From Ophelia neglecta (Eukaryota), in contig OZ260664.1 of the NCBI GenBank assembly GCA_965285935.1, positions 92,132,001-92,196,000 of the forward strand: a stretch of 64,000 nt of DNA, given 5' to 3'. Made by a program: the position numbers and the translations under genes. The notes below the pieces were generated by a model. That model was not told the DNA's origin. It made no database searches and saw only the letters and a list, made by a program, of their open reading frames with translations. Positions 11,101 to 26,100 of this stretch are shown one piece after another. The stretch's first letter is position 1. Each line of letters begins with the position of its first letter.

Positions 11101-14100
11101 GACAGACGAGAGTCCACGTGCTTATTGTAGTCACTACGGTCATTATAAAAACAGACACCCAGCATCTACCACAGTGGCGGATCCAAGATTTCAGGAAGTG
11201 GGGGGGGGGGGGGGGCAAATTGTCCAAGGCTGTCCTATGATTTCTTGCCAACAAATATGTCTACAGTTGGCAAATGTCTGGATTGTCCCCGTTTCCAATC
11301 GTCTGAAAACCGCCTTGCGTGGGTCCAGAAATAGGCCCTGGTCCGGATCTTGGTCCAGGCAAAAAAGGGGGCGGCGCCCCCCCCCCCCCAATGAATCCGC
11401 CACTGTACAATGAACCATCCGACTCAATCCTAGATTATACAAACGTGTAATACAACATGTTACAAACCCCAACTTAACATAACGTCTTATCTCTTATTTA
11501 ATGTACTTCCACGAATGCACATTAAAACAAAACAAAACCAAATTACAGTATTTACAATGAGACCTACCTTAGAGTCCACTTTTATATTCAGAACAACTGT
11601 CAATTCAGGCCACTTTTCTGAAGTTCACACTGTACACTTTTAATTTAAGATAACATGTCTAAACAGACCACCTCCATAATCAGATCAGTATTTTCCAATC
11701 CATTGGGTGGTCTCAATTCACATGTTTCACTCTATATACTTTCCACAGTCCATTAGATGTTTGCAAATCCAGGTAAATGTGATATTTGACTTTCCGAAAC
11801 ATGTTTGTATGAAAAGCAATGGAAAAACTCACCAAACTGGTAAGGTTTTTTTGTAATAGCGTTTTGAAAAGCATCCGAAGAAATGTTTCTTTGAAGTTGA
11901 AAATATTCGAGCTACTTTGGCTATAGGCAACGAACGCTGTTGACACTCAAACGCTCGTTCAGATATCACTGGAAATTTACATCCTTTGTCAGTGAACCTT
12001 CCCTGCTCTCTGCTCTCAATGGGATCATCTGTGGCACCTTCACCCTATGTACTAATATTTATAGATCTGGTATTCTATGGGGTACCTACTGGTCCCTTAA
12101 CCCCAAATTCCTATCACTGTTAGAGCTAGTATTGATTATTTCAAAACGAATCATACCCTGCTACGAAGATTATAAACAATGGCAGCAATATTCCTTTAAA
12201 TTAATCCCCATTATGTAGTGAAAAAAAGTCGTTGTGCAGACTTAATTATATCATGGTATGGTTCAACCGCAATGGTATTCTCTTCTTATTTTATATAATA
12301 TCGCTTGAGTTTTACATGTGATGTCAAAGCCATCTGCTTGTTTCAATGATACTTACAATGGCTCACCGATTTTCCGAGTGTCTGTAGCCGGAGTCATTAA
12401 CCGAAGAAAGCGACAGCTCGGACTTGATTTTATAGTTAATGATCAAAACTCCACCACTGAGCACGGTTGCTAAAGAAATAGTTCCCTTGTGATTTTGCAC
12501 TTGCTATAGATAACTCATGCCTTGGATCTTATTTTGTGAAGTAAACGTTTCCGGCTTTCCGAACGCGACGAATCACAGAAAGGTGTAAAATATTACGTTA
12601 AATTTGAATTTGGGAATGGTATTTCATCTTGTCTTTAATCTTCTTTTCTTTCAGTTACCATCACTGTTTTGAATCTAAGTTCAGGAGAAGGTCTACTTTT
12701 TAAAATAATAATTAGCACATTATGCAATGATTATGATTAACGAAAGAAACGCACTCAGTAAAATTGACGAATTAATTCCATGATGGGGCAAAGTATTGCG
12801 TTGTTATTTTGCTCAAGTCTAGGTATAGGCTTTCTCGCCTTTCACTATTTTGTTAATTTTTGTTTATATGTTGCGACCACACCGGAAGTACCAACCCCAA
12901 GCAGATATTTTTTCACCGTATAGCGACAGGCCGCAATTATACTTGGCGCTTCAGTGTACCTAAGGGCTGAAATAAATGGTGGCTACACCGACAGTCATGG
13001 GACCTTAACCCACAATTGCCGTTTCTGATTAATTGTACAGCCAGATTATATGGAATATTGTACACAGTTTAGAAAATGTTTATCAAAAAGAATCAAAATT
13101 ACATTTTTGTCACTTTTACGACTTGAGGTCCTGCGATTGAAAGACAGGGCAAAATTGGCGGGAATTTCGGAAGACCAATGAAAGCGAGAAATGGCTATTC
13201 CTTATTTCCCCCCCCCCCCCACACACACACCATACAATGAGCTGCCAAACAAAGTCGATTTCAGCGTTTGCAAAAATCACACCTATATTTTATTTCTTAA
13301 ATTCTTAAGGCCAATATTTAACTGTCAAAGCATTGTTTTGAAGGTAGGATAATAATCTGGTGCTGAAAGCTGTTGGGAGTACATTATTCTATAGAAGACA
13401 AGTAAACATAGGGGGTCCTCTCTGAACATTAATTTGTTATCTAATTCGTCACGCCGGTGTACCCCGCGATATGTCAATTAAAACATTTTTCTGCCTCGTT
13501 TAAATGTGCAAAAGTACAACAACTTTTCCGTCCGATCCATGTCATAAACTGCTTTTTAACACGTGTTATTTTACATATCATGTTTTGTAACTCTGATATA
13601 CATTACCAAATTTAAAAATGGCATTGCATGCATCCTTTTGTCTGAATTAAGCATTCCTCGCAAATTTCTAAAAACTCCAAGCCATTTGCGGACAATTTGA
13701 CACTGACCATGAGATTTAAGATTAATCCTGGCACTGTGTCTTGGCACATGAACAAAAATAAGTGTTGAAGGGGAAGGGTCAACATTACTACGGTGCACTG
13801 TGTGTAAGACCGTGATGAAATCATGGCCACAAATCAGGTGACTCCGGGTCCGGTTTCTGAAAAAGGTCTCAAGTTTAGGTTTAAGATTAACCTATCACTG
13901 ATTTGCTAAGACCGTTTTATTCGGTCCTTTCTTTGACTAGGGTTAGTTTTAAGACTTTCGAGAAACCCTAATAAGCAAGTTAGGACCGTTTAGCATTTTA
14001 ATCCTGAGTTTAAATTTAATTAAGACCTAAGAAGTCTTCAAGAAATCGGGCCCTGGGCTGCCTGCATATCATAACCACTGCATAGCCTTTCCCCACTGAG

Positions 14101-17100
14101 GTGAATATGCCTAGAAAACACTGTCCTTGTGTAGTCAGATTCGAAATTATATGTCGCATATGTTGTGAAATTCGCCATCGTTCGATTCCGCACACTAGTT
14201 AGAACATATAACACACAAACGTGCGAATTATAAGGCTAGTTATTGCACGGGATGACACTATGCGTGTTATTACATGTCTTTGCACTGTGCGCGAATTAAG
14301 CCAGCTTTCTGCGCGCAAAAAATGACTTTCTGCCCGGAATTAACTCGATGCCCTATAATACCCTCATTTACGCTAATCTGAAAAATGTTGCTTCTAGCGA
14401 GACTGTCTTTGTAGGAAGTACATGTAACTGTTTTTTGTGTGAATATTGATTGATGTAAGCTGTGGGCGTGGGAATACAATGAGTGCTTATGGAGTAGGTT
14501 TTTTCTTCAATTGATTACTCGAAATACTCAAATGTGTTTGTTTGGCTTAAGCTTCATCGTTAAACTGTCATATAAAAGCGTGTTTTTCTATTTATGTGTA
14601 CAGTGCGTGATTTTTTCCTCAGGACGTGATCTGTCGTCTAATTGTCATTCACCACTGCATGTAATGCGGCTTAATTACAAAGAAACCGGATGAAACCTAT
14701 AACGGAAGCGGAGCTTACTTTGTTAATGTTTCTGCACAAACTTTTCGTTTATCGATATTTGAGTCAATTGTAATGTGTTTACGTAATAATATTTTAAGTG
14801 ATAGCTGATGCTTTTCAGCTCATAATAAATCAATACGATCACTGTTAAATGTGTTGAGCAATTTAAAATGGTAAGGGCGCTTTTAATGATTTTTGTATAA
14901 TTTTTCCTCTAGACTTTCTATGAAACAGACAAGGTTATCACAAGCCCATGCCAGCCATGGTCATAAAAATATGATTTCTAAGCTTATGATTAAGATTGTT
15001 TTGATTTCTTAAAGTTTGGGGGCCGAATCTATCAAAGTTGAAGTTCGGCTAATTATATAAGAGAGCTTGCTTTAAGTGAATGATTCCATAATGGATGCTT
15101 CAGGCAAAGTTTGCTTAGAATGCAAATATTGTTTACTATAGTATAGCTTTTTATTTTAAAACTATCCTACTGGTACCGTGCTATGATATCATGATAATAA
15201 AATTAGTACATAGAAGAGCTTTGTGCTTCGTATGGCAAGATATAGTGGAAGATGATGAACGAGATGGTTGAGATTCTATGGAAATAATACCATAGCGACG
15301 CAGTTCAAGATGTTATTATTTCAAAGACACCGAATGCATTATATTACTAAGTGTACATTGAAAAACCTTTTTTTTTTCAAAATGATAATTTTCCAGACTA
15401 TCACTGGTAAACTCAGACAGTGCCTTGCATGATTTTTTCATTGTCTAGCTTGTCATTGGCCAAAAATGGTGTAGGAAATCCTGGGCCAATTCCTGTTGGC
15501 AATAGACATAATAAGTCAATTGAAATTGGCCTCTTGCAACTTTCATTGGTCCCTGGTCATGGATTTAGAATAATAATTTCTATTAGTTGTATTCGACACA
15601 TCCTGTCTAGCCCTTCATATACCAAAGCTGGTCAAAAGTGTAATCATGTGGTTTGCAGTTGAAAAGTGATTCTCAATGTAATGCATGGTTAGCACAGCAT
15701 ACTCCATGGCTTACGCACTTTGGCCAGTGAGAGCATCGATTGGAGAGAAGAATTCACCTCAAGGCACTGAAAGAGTAAAATTAAGATACTTGACCTCATC
15801 TAAGGCGACACAGTGAAGACAGTGAAATATGCACCATCACCCAGAATGCTTCTAAAATTCATCGCAAACTATTATCAATATTATTCATTATAGGAATATT
15901 TGCTTTACATAAGGATATTGAAGAGAGACAAATTTATTTAAAGTCTGATGAATCATTAATCACGAATAGTTTATTTAAAATATTATCATTTGCTATAAAG
16001 CGAATGTTTAGGAAAGAAATGTGCCATTGCTTGAACTATGGATAATGATCAAAAGTCATATAAAAGGAAATATACATAAGACCATTACATGAAACAAAAT
16101 TATGGCAACTTTTCAGAATGATTTTTAATCGTATAAACGATGTGGTTAAATCGACAATGCAATGTCTTTTTGTACTGAAAATGATATTGGCATTAGATTT
16201 GTTTCAAATTAATAGCCAGTCTTATACTTCACTTTTCAGGACAAGTAGCCTATAGGTAGCAGCCACAGCACTTAGCTGGCAGTCCAATCCATGCAAATAA
16301 TCTGCTAGACACTGTGATAAACTACCAGACGCTGTGAAAATCAACTGTGATTAGACAGCCTGTCTGGTATTTTACCCCAATTAATGTATTATGCAAATAA
16401 TAAAAACGTTACTACTTTGGTATAGCTAAACAAATTATATTCGCCAAAACACACTTAAGCAATTTTTCCCCACTTCCTGGATTTCGCCATACTTTAGCAA
16501 ATACTCGTTTTAAGACAATAAACAGAAACGACAAAGGACTGTGTTATCACTGAGTCAAATGTTGTTCTCAAACGTAACGCCTACCACAAGCTGCCATTCA
16601 ATTGCACATGCGTTTTTCTAGCACGCGAATCGAGCTAGTTAATTGTCGGGGATGATATTTTTTTACTCGTTATGTTTTACAGCATCTTTTGAGAACGCAA
16701 GGTCATGGGTTCTATTTAAATCCCCTTTCAGCATTTTATGGCCGTTTTATAGCCCTTGCTCTAGGTGACGAGATGAGTTGTAGGGCATATGAGTGTACAA
16801 TATCCAATAATTTAGCTTTGTGAAGACTATTGGCATTCATGTCTCGGGCTTGGAGACTAAATATAAAGGGCCTAACTGGTTGTGTAACGCAAATAGGGAA
16901 GAGTGTGTGGATGTTTATTACCCCCCCCCCCCTCTCCGCTTGGGGGATTTCCCCGAATATTTGAAAATTAAGACGCATAGCCTAGGTTTAGTCTTGATAT
17001 TTTTACTACACATAACGAGAAATTAATGGAAATATCTCCCAGTTTTCCCCAGAGTCTTCTCGATATGTTTTCTATTCAGCCACAGAAGAATCAATTTGGT

Positions 17101-20100
17101 GTATTTAAGACATTTTGCCAAATTCTCCTCACTTAATATGTTCGACCAATTCAGTATTTTTATATTCGATCTTCAAATTAAGAACGGTAAACAATCGTTA
17201 GAAATTTACACATCTTCCAATAATGGGAATGGATACTAGACAGGTACAGCAAAATCAAGAATATTTCCTTAAATCGGTCTAAATTGTAAGGAATCACCAC
17301 CCACAGGCACGCATACATTAAGCCCCATCTCCCAAACAAATAAACTATTAAGACCGTTGTATGCATTAAAACATCAAAACAGAAACACAAATACACAAAA
17401 AGTGCATTGAGGGGAGGGGAGTGGGGGTGCGGTGCGGTGGTGGCCACTATCCCACCCGTCCCCACCATTTCGTCAAGGGTTAATGGAATATAAACACAAT
17501 TATATTCGGCGGAATGTAATTCTATAAATGGCTTTGTAAACTTCGAACCTATGTATCAATAGCCCTACAGGCTGCTAACGAGGCACTTGGTGGGGATTTT
17601 ATCGTTCTTCACTGGCCCTCATTATGTCAAGATAGGCAGCGACCCAGCGACCTTATAACACCATGCCCTTCTGGTCATGTTTCTCCACGTGTCGGAGTCG
17701 TCTGCGAACGGCCTTGCTCAGCTGGTTTGGTCAAGGCCAGAGATACCAATTGGGTGGCGCATCTAGGGCCAATGCTTCAGACAGCTATAGCATTAACCAG
17801 CAACCCTTGGGGAAACTGCCATAATAAAACTACAGGTTACGTCGATACATAGCACTTGTGACAGATCCTATTTTTGTTTGCTGATAAACGAAATTATTAG
17901 CCTAAAAAACACCGATGTCTGTAGAGAACTGATATGAGGGATTTGGCATCAAGTGTATCCGCTTTGGGCTGCACTTAACACAGTCAGACGAATAACGGAA
18001 AGCCGGCACTTACTCCTGACCTGAGGAGAACACTGTCTCGCCCTGCCAATAGGATTTTAAGCTCGTAAACGACTACCAGCGGTTAATGTGTTTGCCTATA
18101 TGGGAATCGATTTATTCCAAGGTCGCGGTAATTACGCGATTGTATACCTAGATACTTTCGCTTCAGGAAATGGGATTTAGGATAAATTAGCAACAAGACA
18201 TTTCGGCACTGATGATCGCAAATTCTGATGATATTGTGTATTGCCTAATTCCCGGCAAAGAAAGTGCGCTAATTCCGCACAGGAAGTAGGATTCATCCGC
18301 GCATAATGTAAACTCACAATGTAAAATAATTCGCCTTCCAGCGAATTAACTCTAGTGTATATATTGATTTACAAATGCTGATCTTTTCCAACTAAAAGAC
18401 GCATTCCGAACTTCGTTAGCATTCTTGGTATTAGGCCTATGGCTACATAGTTATGTGTTGTGACAATTTGAAGAGGCATTCCATTATTTCGTGTCCAGAT
18501 CGACCAGCCTTAATTCCTCGGAAGTTAACCGGCACGCGCCCTCTAGACTAGGACGAACGTCATACATCTCAAAAAGGATCCATCATGATTTAACCGAATG
18601 AGAGTATTTAAATCAACTACAAAATGTATTCCCTTGATTGAAGTGTCCTGAAGTCCATTAAATGCAATAAACTAGTTCGGATTATGTTGAAAATAGGTCC
18701 CGAGTTTAAGGAAGCAATTGTCAGTATTAAAATAATTCTAGCTGATCATAAATGTATCTAAAACGCTGTAATATTAGCTTATCCAATGTCAAGCTAAGAA
18801 ATAGGTGAGTGCCCAGAAATCCTTAATCCTAAACTGAGACACAGCATATACTGTAAGACCAATTAACTTAACACATCTTTGGGTTTCAGGGGATTATTAA
18901 CAAATCTAGTTCATTAATTAAGCATTTTCGATAGGCATAGCCTTTACCAATGTTACCAACTAATGTTTAGGGGCATGCTGCTGACGATTCCTGGAAAATT
19001 TTGGACGGTTTTGATAGAATATTCTCGATTGATGAATGTTCTTTTTCTGCCGGGTACCCTTTCCGTTTTTGCCAGTGAGGCTATAATAGTTTCTCACCCT
19101 GGAAACTGTGATATAGGACTCCAGTGCGAATAAAAAGGCGCCCTGTCATCTGCGCGAAGGTCAAGGTTTATTGTTGTTTTAAGCGGCAGACTGGATACAG
19201 TAAATAGTGTGTCGGCGAATGCGTCATTTGATGAATAGTTTGAGTGCCGTTTTCGAGTTGCTAGTTTTGGGTGCCCTAATTCACTGATGATGACAAGCTG
19301 AAAAGCTTAAGTGATTTATTCCCCTATTAAATTGGTATACAGCTGTAAGCGAGTGAAGTTATAGGGACCTCTAAATTAAGATCAAAGGTTCCTAGAGCGA
19401 TAACACCCCAACTGAGTTTCTCACTGATTAGAGTTAATTTATGTTTTTTGTCGTTTTTCCCAGTTATCTATCTTTGCTTCAACGATAATGTTTATAGGCT
19501 AGGCGGCCTTCCTTTTTATTGCAGAGTCAGTGCAACACGGAATACCTACCAAAGAATCAGTGCAATTTTGCCCCGTAGCCGATTTGTCCTACTAGTATAT
19601 GAATGATATCAATATAATATTTTGGCGCCTGTTATTCGTTTCAATGATTGGATGATATCAGGCACATGGAGGGAAGAGATAAGTAGGAGGTGGGGGTAAG
19701 ATGCAGGTCGGTTTCCCATGTTTACCTTTACAATTCATAATGCATGCAACTTATGGTCAACAAATACAGCATTCTGTCGTAGGAATTCCAATCGAGCACC
19801 TAAAAATATTTCATCTGCCGGGGTTTATAAATATAAGTTACTTTATTGGTAATTAAATTCATAGGGCTCCGATTACTTCATGCACCGGACACAGTTCTCT
19901 GGATCAATTTATTCGCACTGCTGCCGTTTAATCGGTCTATATGTTTATTGCTTGTACGCAGAGAAAATCAATTCCAGCCATGCTTTAAGTGAAAGTAGCA
20001 GACATCATCACGACCAAGGGACGCTCCTTTAGAAAACTATTGGTGGTTGGGCAAGGGTGGGGCTGGGGTTGGCCGGGTTGGGTTGGGGAACGCAATCTGA

Positions 20101-23100
20101 TAATCACCTCATCCATCCCAACCCTACCTTATTTAGTGGTCCGTCCCTTACCATTTCAATTCAGAGAATCAGATTATCAGCAATATAACTCGGTGGGCAC
20201 CAGAATATTGCATAGCCGGGGGAAGCCCATGGCAGAACCGTGGCGCGGACAGACCATTAAACGGCGACTGGGAGTTGTTGATGTACCGTTGGGACATTAA
20301 CGATACAGACTGCACCCACTAATGTTTTCATCTGGGATTATACCATAGAGCAGGTGTTGTGACCTAAGCTTGTTCGGTTAGTTGCTGGTTGCCTATTAAA
20401 ATGGATTCTATGACGTATACAAGTCTCACATTTGCCTACGAAACATCGTGATCGGAGGGACGTTGTCCGTTTAGACAGGTTAATTAACATTGAAAATATA
20501 CATCACGGTCCTCATATAAGTGGTCTGAATTTACAGGTGGTCTGGTAATAGAGGTGGTCTGTAAGGCAGGTTTCACTGTATATAATTATAGTTTTAACAG
20601 CATTCACCATGTCAAGGAAGCGAAAGTTTAGCACGGCTAACCTTCCAGACGTGCTACAAATGTATGTATAGTATTTCATACTTAAAACATACAACATTGA
20701 AATATAATACGAGAAAAACGAGAAAAACACAAGGATAATTCTGCTAATAAAGTAAATTATAGAATCGCTCCTGCCGTGAAAAGGAAATCCACTTTTAAAA
20801 CCCCGATGATTAAGAGAAACAACGTAGATAAAACACATGTGACGAATCATTGATTGTGAATTCCATACCTTTTCTTTAGCAGGTTAGCCGCTGTTTTCGA
20901 TCGTAAAACATGTTTTATTTTCAGCTTGTAAATGGAAGTCGGTTATTTTTAAATATCGTATTCATCGATCGTTTCTATTTCTATTGCAGGCTTACCGCCG
21001 GAGTTACATGGTATTTGGCAGGCGTACCCGTGGATTTTTGGAGAGCCGTACTGTCAGTTTAAAGCTTTCATTACGGAGATGACGTCAACTGCTAGTGTGC
21101 TGACAATAACGTCATTCACTGTTGAACGGTACATTGCGATATGTCATCCAATCAGAGCACAGACTATGTCAAATCTCTCACGTGCTATCAAAATTATATT
21201 CCTAATATGGCTGCTGGCCGCGCTGATGGTACTTCCTGTCCCAATACACATTCGGACTTTCCACGCTGTCACTGACCCATACGAGATAGCTGATTCACTC
21301 GTGTGTAATGTACCAAGGGTGTGGAGAAAACACAAGATGAATATTTACTTCGCCTTCTCAACAATATTTCTGTTCATTCTGCCTATGTCTGTGATTACAG
21401 CACTGTATATACGGATCGGGGTGACCCTGAGACACTCGGGCCTCGCACGGCAGTGCTCCAACGGATCCGGAAATTCTCCGCAGTATCAATCCAGACGGGC
21501 TGTTCTTAATATGCTAGGTGAGATTTTCTCTTCTTAATACAGTTCTTGCTTACATTTTTGCTTTTCATGCTGGCTTACGTGTATATCAATGTCTCATGTG
21601 TGTCATGCGCAAAACTTCATAAATATATTCTTAATTATTTCATGGAACACTTTTACATAAACTTAAATCTGACAGAGGAAATAGTTATATATTACAAATG
21701 CAAATAGTAAAAATATCATTTTGCTGAATATAAAGAAATAATAATTTCATCGGATTTAAAATAATCGGATGTAAACTAAACACAAGCGTCCGATTGTCCC
21801 TTATGAGATCAATGGTGAATAAGTTACACTGTTATAATCATGTAATTATTTGGGCAGTCGGGGTTTTGAGTTATCCTCGGAGTAATATTCCAATTCAAAA
21901 TGCATATAATTACTTGTTGACCGATTTAGGAAGTCGCGAGCTACCTATCCGGTTACTAAATTGAGCTGATTAAAGTAGACTGACGGGTGTTTTTGCTAAA
22001 TGTCTTAGACAATATCCGCGTGCGCCAAGTCATTTTTACCAGTGGCTGACTAACTGTACCGAGCACTTCGAGTCCAATTTTAATCAACTGTCAAAGGCGT
22101 TTAGTGACAATATATAGCAGGCACATTGTAATCTGGTAAAACCGTTTCTCGGGACATGGAAAGGTTGTCACACGTCATTGCGAATTAACTGAATGTCTGC
22201 AAGCGTTGTGAGTAGCTCAATTGTTAGTCTGATATGTCATCTTTCATATTTCATTGTGAAGTTTCAACGTCTTTGTGTCTTGTTCCCCTAGTTGTTGTCA
22301 GTAACCAGCCACGCGCTTTCTGTCATGGCTCGGGGCCATCCCACGCTTACCCTTTGGCAACAGTCAATAGAAAATTGAAAACACCTCAGTAGTGTTAGGA
22401 AAAAAATTAGGTAATGAGGTGGCGTTGTTGATTTGCTGTTGAGTCGATTCCAAGATGTGCTAGTCCGTTCCATAAAAGCTTCTTAACAACAGGATTTATC
22501 CCATACCAAACACGTAAGTATGACGGCTGGCTGTTTGAACAATTCCCTCGGGTCAAATCGTTATCAAATATTAACAAATTCCCGCCATTAGTGTTCACAT
22601 GGGCAAAGAACTCATGGCCCTTGACATTTGCCAGAAAATGGGGCCATCTAAGTTTCCTCACTTATCTGGTCATATCGCCACTGTGCCTACTTGTGAAAGT
22701 GGGCCCAATGCCCTCTTTATAGTGCTGCCTCACTTGAGTATCTGCCGTAGACACCAGACAGGGAACCCCACCCAGTCACATTATACTGACACCGGGTTGA
22801 CCAGTCCCGATACTACCCCCGAAATACCAGGCGCCTGGCAGGGGAGCTTTTTTTCCTTTTTTTTACGTCTTTGGTTTGACGCGATCGGGATTCGAACCCC
22901 GATAATCATAGGAAGTCATACGTTTGATGTCATAGCACGGGCTATAGCTGTTGGATTATATTATAGTTTGTTGTCTATCGGCCCGTCTGGGAACCCCATG
23001 GTTCATTTGGGAACCCCATGGTTCATTTATCAACCACAAGGGTTGCGTGTTCGATAGTGTATGACCCCAGGGCCTATATCTGATCAGAAATATATAAATA

Positions 23101-26100
23101 GCCAATGCATTTGAAAAGGATTTTTTTTAATTATTTAATACTCAAAAATAGTAAATAGTATCACTGCCATGGTTTTTTGTATCTACATTGCCTCATTATA
23201 TTGGTAACGTCGCTAATATATTTGCCTCTTCCCAAGGCTAATACCGTACGTGTAATGATTTCTTCAAATTGGCCCGAAAACCTTGTATTATCCCTCCCTT
23301 TCCAAATGTCAGCTGTCATACATTGCCGCGGTTTATGGTTATTGGCATTTTAACGTCTATCAGGGCCGTTTTCAAGAATAAGTTTTACATTATCGCCTGC
23401 TAATAAACCTGTGGTCTTCTGGCTGGTAGGCATACTTCGTAAAATTTACTGCATAAAGAATACATTCACAGCAACCGTGGACAGCCACTAGTGTCCTGCA
23501 AAATAAAGAAACCTTATACAGCCAGCCCTTATTATAGACTAGTGTTTATTATAGAACCGGGCTTATAGACAGTATAGACAGGCGTTTATTGGTATCTTCA
23601 ATATCCTAGACCAGGGTTAGGTTGTTTAATTAATCTTTGACTTTTGCACGATTAGAATTTTGGAGGATTAGAAAAATGTCGTTGTTAAAAATGTCGTTGT
23701 TAAACGTACTCAAGTCTTAGTCTATAGTAGCACAGTAGAGCCAAGTTTTTTATAATGTCAATTGCGCAGCTCCAACGTTGAATATGGCTTCTGTTTTCCA
23801 TTCACTCATCAATTTATGTACAAGGTTGGGGATCAATGCATATACATGGCCTATTCTGGCTGAGTGAAACAATTTTTGTCATACCTGTTGGGAATGGAAC
23901 TACTCTGCTATTTCATTCTTGAATCATGAGGTAATACATAGCACAAAAGTTAGATGATGGTCAATTATTGGAAGGGTTAGGTACATGATATTCAGGTGTG
24001 GCTTTCACAGAAAATATGCCACGCGAAAGGGGGCAAGATTTAAAATGAAATACTCAAATCATAAAACTCAAATTTGAACTTAGGCAGTCAGAAAGCATAA
24101 TATTGTTAACAGAGTGTTTCACATAGTTTAGCAGCTTTTATTTTCAATTTATTTGAGAAATATTTATTGCAGAAGACTATGCTTCTGGCTTTATTTTACA
24201 GTTTAAAAAAGCGTCAAAATGGTTTACATCATTTACATTGTTATCAAAATATCTTTAGCGAGTCTTTACACACAGATAAGCACCTTTTTGCATGGTCAAT
24301 TACTTACCATAAATTTCACATAAAATATCTTAAATTATTTTGCCAATAAAGGAAGGATATTAATGAGTGTAAAAAATGAAATATCATCAAATTTTATATA
24401 TTATCAATCAATGAGCCTCCTGATTATTGCGTACTTGAACAAATTTGCCCTTATTGTCCCATGTGTAAATAAAACTTGAAGAAAACATATGCAAACCTAA
24501 AATGAGAGGGAGGTTGAGTGAGGCAAGAATTCTACCATTCTCACTCCGAAGAGTACCCACTCAATTAGTATTTACATAATAGATCAACGACATGTGTTAT
24601 ATATTGTGTACTGTGAAAACGACTGTTTTACACATATTGTCTTGAAATGAAGGCGATGTGGATAAGGCGACATGGAAATAACTACACTGATATATTGTTG
24701 GATATTTTGGCATCATAGCTGCCCTAAGAATTGGCATTCTGTCATTAAAACGGAAAATAAAATGTAACAATGACCCATTGCACCTATGCCAAACCGAACA
24801 TTAAATAAACACAATATTACCGCCCAATATCTCGCACCTTTCAGGCGGAAGGTTGTTCAAACTTTTTACTATACAAGGTATCCAGGTATATTTAATATAC
24901 ATAGTTTTAGAATTCATATAAGAAAATTAATCCTAGGAAAAAAAAATGTTATCTAAAATTGTTATAGCATGTTCCAACTGATGTTCGTGCTTTTGAATGT
25001 GGCCGAATACAGCTATCGATTAGTAGTATAAGTCCAATCTCTAAGACAATTAGGCTTGAAGTCAAATATGTTTTAACAACCTTTCCATGGTGTTCTAGAA
25101 AGAACGGCGTTTATAATGGATGCGGCGTTTATTTGTGCGCACATGGTACAGTTTCTGAGGGTGATATACACACGGCATTCAAATCTTGCGGTGCAGACAG
25201 TGCAATGAGCTGCGTGAGATTCTTTTTCCCTTTAACTTACTGTTAGTTATTGTTAAATTTAAATTATCATGTTATTATTTTGATTCATCTTGTACACTGT
25301 TTCAATTGTCTCAATCTGTTCGTTATCATCTAGAGTAATTTGTCATGTGACATTTTTCCACAACTATCTGTGTTAATTGTAGTCCCAGGCTCATTTAGAG
25401 CACGCCGCTTGGAGAGGAAGCCCTCAAGTAGGATTGGTCGCTCTAAAAAACCCGAAGTACAGGCTTACTTAGGCATGTATCGCATTCAAGGGTCTACGGA
25501 TTTTGTAGTGTCGGTTCGGTGTTCTTGTTACTTAAATAACATCACTACTTGTATACCCTATCGTAAGGGAAATTAATTCGAAGTATTAAGTTATCGTTTC
25601 TACACTTAATGGTTGATGAGAACATATACTTTATTGTCATTTGTCAACGATGTTTAGTGATATAGCAAATTGTTCACTGTTAAGTAATCTTTAGTGGACA
25701 GTGTCTGACATAGGTATGCATGGGTTTGCAATATTCGTTTGTTGGCAGTCTTGGTATAGTGTTTCTTTTTTCGATAACAGTTTAGTACTGACTCTTCTTG
25801 TGGTGAACGACTCATTGACTAATTAAATGGTGGAATCAACAACAATTTGTTTGTAAATATACACTCTATCGTTGTGTCATTATACACATCCTAACCCGGA
25901 TATTTTTTTGGTTTTTATTTCATTTCCCCTTTATCTTCAAGTTCATTTATTAGTGATCGGAAAAATTGTGATCCCGCCATTACAATGGGCATTTTGAAGC
26001 ATTATTTAACAACAATGCATGTTTCATTTCAAGATACTCATAAATATAGGTTATCATTTTAATATTATGTAGAGCATATAATACATTGTTATCATGTATT

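Noticed and set aside
11012-11472. ORFs with poly-Gly/poly-Pro
   Set aside because: Produced by the poly-G/poly-C tracts of the MITE.
22860-22905. tRNA gene (GGTTCGAATCC on the minus strand)
   Set aside because: No A-box or cloverleaf; followed by a SINE body.
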